A stretch of DNA of 64,000 nt from Chrysomallon squamiferum. Taxonomy: Eukaryota > Animalia > Mollusca. A program made the position numbers and the translations under genes. The stretch lies in NCBI GenBank assembly GCA_012295275.1, contig CM022672.1, positions 8,618,001-8,682,000 of the forward strand, read 5' to 3'. A model generated the notes under the pieces. It was given only the letters and a program-made list of their open reading frames with translations, made no database searches and was not told where the DNA came from. Of the stretch, positions 59,469 through 64,000 are shown piece after piece; the stretch's first letter is position 1; each line of letters opens with the position of its first letter.

Positions 59469-61604
59469 ATATCTGAAAGAAACGTCATGGCAAAAATCTG
59501 CTATAACTGAACACAAAGAATTAATCAGAGAGTAAAGGTTTCTTATAACCTGTAAGTAACGATTCCATTTGTTCAGAAGTTCTAGAATGACACAATGACA
59601 CTCATCCATCTTTCTCACTGTTTCTCTTTGCAGTTTGTACTACCTATACTGCGTGCTGTTTTTAAACACTTTGCAAACTTACTCCCTCTGTGTGTATGTC
59701 AGTAGATGTGAAAAAATTAGCAAATCTTTCGAAACTGAAAAAGAAAATGGTTGGATAATTCGTTATCTGTCATCAGTTATTTCCACTATCGAACTCTTCG
59801 ACCAACCATCCAAAGCTCCATTAATATTACTAAGCTGTTATATCTGTCCGTAAAAGCCGTCAATGTATTTCTGCCGCCCTCTCCACTAACATTTCAAGTC
59901 ACTTTTCAAAAAAGAACAAAAAGTGGTCTTCCTACAACGTGACGTTTGCTGGTTTCCTCCTACACGTGTCTACTCAGGTTCATAATAATCATTGATCTGC
60001 ACTGCTTGAACTGTCACGTGTCAAACTAACGAGGGTTTACTTGTGTGCATTTCAGTGACAGACTGGATATAACGTGATGCTGGTCGTAATTAATTTATAA
60101 GACAGCGCTGCCGTAGATTCACTGTACTTTTCTAGTGACTTAGAAAATCGATTTGTCAGTCAGAATTCAAGAAAAGAGACAGATATAATAACAAAAAATA
60201 ATAAAATGAGATGAAGAAACAAAATGATAATTTAAACGATTAGACTGATGACACTGTTTAACAAATCCATACACAGAATTCTACAGACGCAGAAAGACAG
60301 AAATAATAAAGACTAAGCATCGAAAACCATGTTGTGCATAATCTTTAAAGACCTCCCCATCTATGAGTGCATTAGTCAGTTTTAAAAAAATATTTCGGAA
60401 TGAAATCAATTGATAGAAAGGAAAACAAATACAGAAAGAAATGTCATTTTACATTTTAAACAAAATTACAATTTTAACATCATTAGATATTTCTGTTGAA
60501 CAGTTTCGGTAGTCGATTTCTAGAATTCAGGAGAGAATGAATGAAGAAACTGTAATCTTATAATTCAAAAGAAATAAAATAAAGAATGAATTAAAGAATA
60601 AAAGAAAGAAAAATTTAGAAATTCAAAAAAAAAGAAAACAGAATTTAAAACAGGATGAAGAAAAGAAAAAACAAGCACACAGTAACCTCACAGTCTTGTA
60701 TTGATAAAGTAGTTGTGATCGATTGTTGTTTCACATACTGATTTCTTCAGTTCAGAACAAAGAAAAAATGAAAATAAAACATTAATCACAATAAACGAAA
60801 AGAAAGATTAATTATTTAATAGGATTCTTTTTTTTTTTTTTGGTTTTTTTTTTTTTTTTTTTTTTTTTCACTGGACAAAATAACACAGCATTAACAAGAC
60901 AGATTTATGGAGGAAGATTTTGAAAGGTTAAACAACTATTACACTCTAAAGTTAAAGAAAGATTAGATAGGTCAACAATATCTAGAACAGAGATTTGTTG
61001 TTACTTAGAAAACCAGTTGGAAAGTTAGACAAGGGAATACGATTAAACATCTCGGGGGTGGACTCTACAAACGTTTAATGCGCTCTTTATTGAAACAGAA
61101 ATTTGATCTTTAAGAAAGAAAAAGGGAAAATAATTCCGTTGAAATGCCAAAAACATTATTTCATAATCGACATGGCGCGTCGACATAGAGGAGATTGCTC
61201 AATCTTTCATAATCATTTCTATGATGCCTTTCCTATAACAAATTGGTTTCTTGAGAGAAAGATAAGAAAGAAAAGAAAATTCATTTAATGTGAAGTACTT
61301 TTGAAGAATTATTTCTCTTTCAAACGGAACTAGTTGTGAACATTCACAAAACTGTAGCTGCAGGCTCCAACACAACGTCAGGAAACTGAAACCAGACGAA
61401 ACAATGAGCACACGTTATTAAAAATGTACAATAAAAAGAATCCTTACATCAAAGAAACGTTGTCTTCAGTCATCCTGCTGTAGCAAAAGAAAACAGTCAC
61501 AAAGCATAGAGTGTGCTTTACGTCTGTTAAGTTTTACTTTAATCCACAAACAGATTTGTTCCATTAAGTAAATAATCTAGTGTACTAAATTTTCATTAAT
61601 GTCT

Positions 61605-61750
<146 letters not shown>

Positions 61751-62511
61751 TGTTACAAGTCATATAAATATCAACAAATTCACTGACAAAATTCAGAATT
61801 TATTTTATACTGATTGCTCATCTCTCACCTATTTTTCAAATAATCTTGTTTTGGTTAAACTTATTAACTATTGCCTTTATCATACATAGCTACATCAAAT
61901 ATAGCGAGTAATAAGAATCAGTTCTTAGAAGTCTACCTGTGTGTCCATGGTGATTTCTTTAACATTTGATGACGTCATATCTGCGTATTGACAACAAAAT
62001 GACGTGGGAAACATTAAAAGCTCTGTAATGCTAGCGACGCTACATCAAAGATAAAATCCTAAATTAACAAACCATTTGCCTGCTTTCAAAAACTTTCCTT
62101 TAATTTAAAAAATAAAAAATATTACTAATTTGAACGTATATGACATATAATCACACAAAACATAAGAGAAGCAGCTAAAGGATAACGTTGTTATCTTACA
62201 TATCTGATCTCTCGATTCTAGGAAAAAAGTCACAATTTTGTTATTAAAATTAACAAATATATTAGAAATATATTAGATATATAAGATGAAACACATGTTC
62301 TTTGATTTTAATGTTGGTGGTTTAGGCGGATGTTCCACCCAATACCACGAAGAAATTCTTGTCGCAAATTGCGCTCTTTTTTGTAAATCTGTTATCATTT
62401 AACCTCGACAACTGCAACTAGATTTTTTGTCGCATTTTCACCACAACTTTGTTTTGCGAGTTGCATGTCTAGTACACATGAACCCCTCACAACAGATTTT
62501 GTTACCACCCT

Positions 62512-62566
62512 TATTGCTATGAATAACTTCATTGCTATGAATAACTTCATTGCTATGAATAACTTC
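62512..62566. repeat. 18-bp tandem repeat x3 (ttgctatgaataacttca)
   Basis: Directly visible. Confidence 0.85.
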
Positions 62567-64000
62567 CATATTAAACATACTTCTGATACAAGTGAAGTGA
62601 AGTGAAAAAAATTAGCGTGCTAATCAGAGCAAGCTGTCAGATACTAGAGCAATAGTAAAATACATTTTAACCAGGGATATTTTATAAATCATTTACAATA
62701 GGAAGCCCTTAGTTTAAATCTATCTTAATCAGTAAGCTTAAGAATTACCCCATGCATACTATGATGCCACATTCAGAACTCTACATCTTGTGACTTTTTC
62801 CTGTGACTTTTTTCCAGTCACCGATCTCTCAAATCACACACATTTGTAGATATATGCTCACATGCATCAACTACATTATTATGATTAAACGTTATTAGCT
62901 ACATGTATCAAAGACAATCTTTAAAAATATTGTTTTAAAAGCCGAAAAAGAAGAATTATAGAGAAAAAAACTTAAGTGAATAAGAAATTAATCCATCTTT
63001 ATTTCCCTTTGCACTGTATTATCTAATTAGATTCCTTGACGTCATCTCGTGCAGATTAAAGTGAAATTAATTATCTCCGCTGTACTCTTCTGTTTGATTT
63101 CTGAATATAACGTTCTGATAAAAAAAAATTACAAATCTTAAAAAGAGGATACTTTTCTATTGAGTCCTACATAGTATCTGACCTTTCTTTGAACGCAAAA
63201 GTTGATATGTTTGTATTGTCTGTCAAGAAACCTTTGTAATGCAAAACCTTGTGTTTTAACTGTAACGAAAGAAGTTAAAAAAGTCAAAGTAAAAAACATT
63301 TATTAGTGTTAACAAATTAAATTATTAAACAATGTACTAATTTGAAGAAAACAATGGTAGTTTAATTGTTAGAGCGTTACTTCGAGTTCTGATGTTTTAG
63401 TTCGGTTGGAATATGTCCCATTGTAGCCAGTATACCCTGCATTGGAACATAAATGAAAAAATATATATAATGTATTTTTGTGTATATCTAAAAGTATATT
63501 TCAAATATCTCTTTCTGGTTAATGATAAAGTATTTCATGTAATCATAATTCTGGTTTTCTTTCCGTTATTACAATATATATGAATCCGCAAAAGTCTGTA
63601 AAATGAAAATATTGTACCGTTAGTAAATTATCCACTCAGTTATTCTGATATAAAATAATGCAATCTGATAGTGACTGATCAGCCGTGTTATTGTATGATA
63701 GGAATGCTGATATAACGAATACACTTAGAAAACAACAACGGCAAGAAATAGAAAAATATTCTTTTGGTTTTTATTTATAAGTAGTTAGACACTATACAAA
63801 CAGATAGATATCTTTTATTAGCGTGGATATAATTGTGTTTAGCCTTAAGCATTCAGCTATGAAAAAGAAAACTGTATGTCGATATTTAAGTTAAATCCAC
63901 ACACATATCTTACTGACGAAGAGACATGAACCAGCGTGCAAAAAGAGCAAGGAAATGTCAATTTATCCATTTGCTAAATTTTTTCGTTAGTTTTAATCAA

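Overview
AT-rich, microsatellite-dense eukaryotic (invertebrate, probably molluscan/gastropod by inference) genomic DNA with spliceosomal GT-AG introns; not prokaryotic. Left part (1-24 kb): two tandem, recently duplicated Mind bomb (MIB2)-like genes on the minus strand. Copy A has its first three coding exons in the window and runs off the left edge. Copy B (19452->10128) reconstructs to 15 coding exons: Mib-herc2, ZZ zinc finger, Mib-herc2, one Mib repeat and an ankyrin array. It stops before any RING domain, and a decayed RING exon lies just downstream. Middle (25-36 kb): three intact, divergently transcribed 3-exon genes for secreted PAN/Apple + C-type lectin proteins (QPD, QPD, EPD motifs), plus lectin gene fragments at about 1.9 kb and 35.7 kb. 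Right part: last coding exon (TM6-TM7 and C-tail) of a GPR21/GPR52-like class A GPCR on the minus strand, then more than 20 kb with no recognisable exon. A 200-N gap at 4704-4903 is flanked by a probable haplotype false duplication. The most interesting candidate is an apparently co-duplicating cassette of RING-less, fast-evolving Mind bomb paralogs and PAN-CTL lectins, with a kB/ISRE/ETS/TATA promoter-like module. Exon coordinates were derived by hand from splice signals and reading-frame phase.
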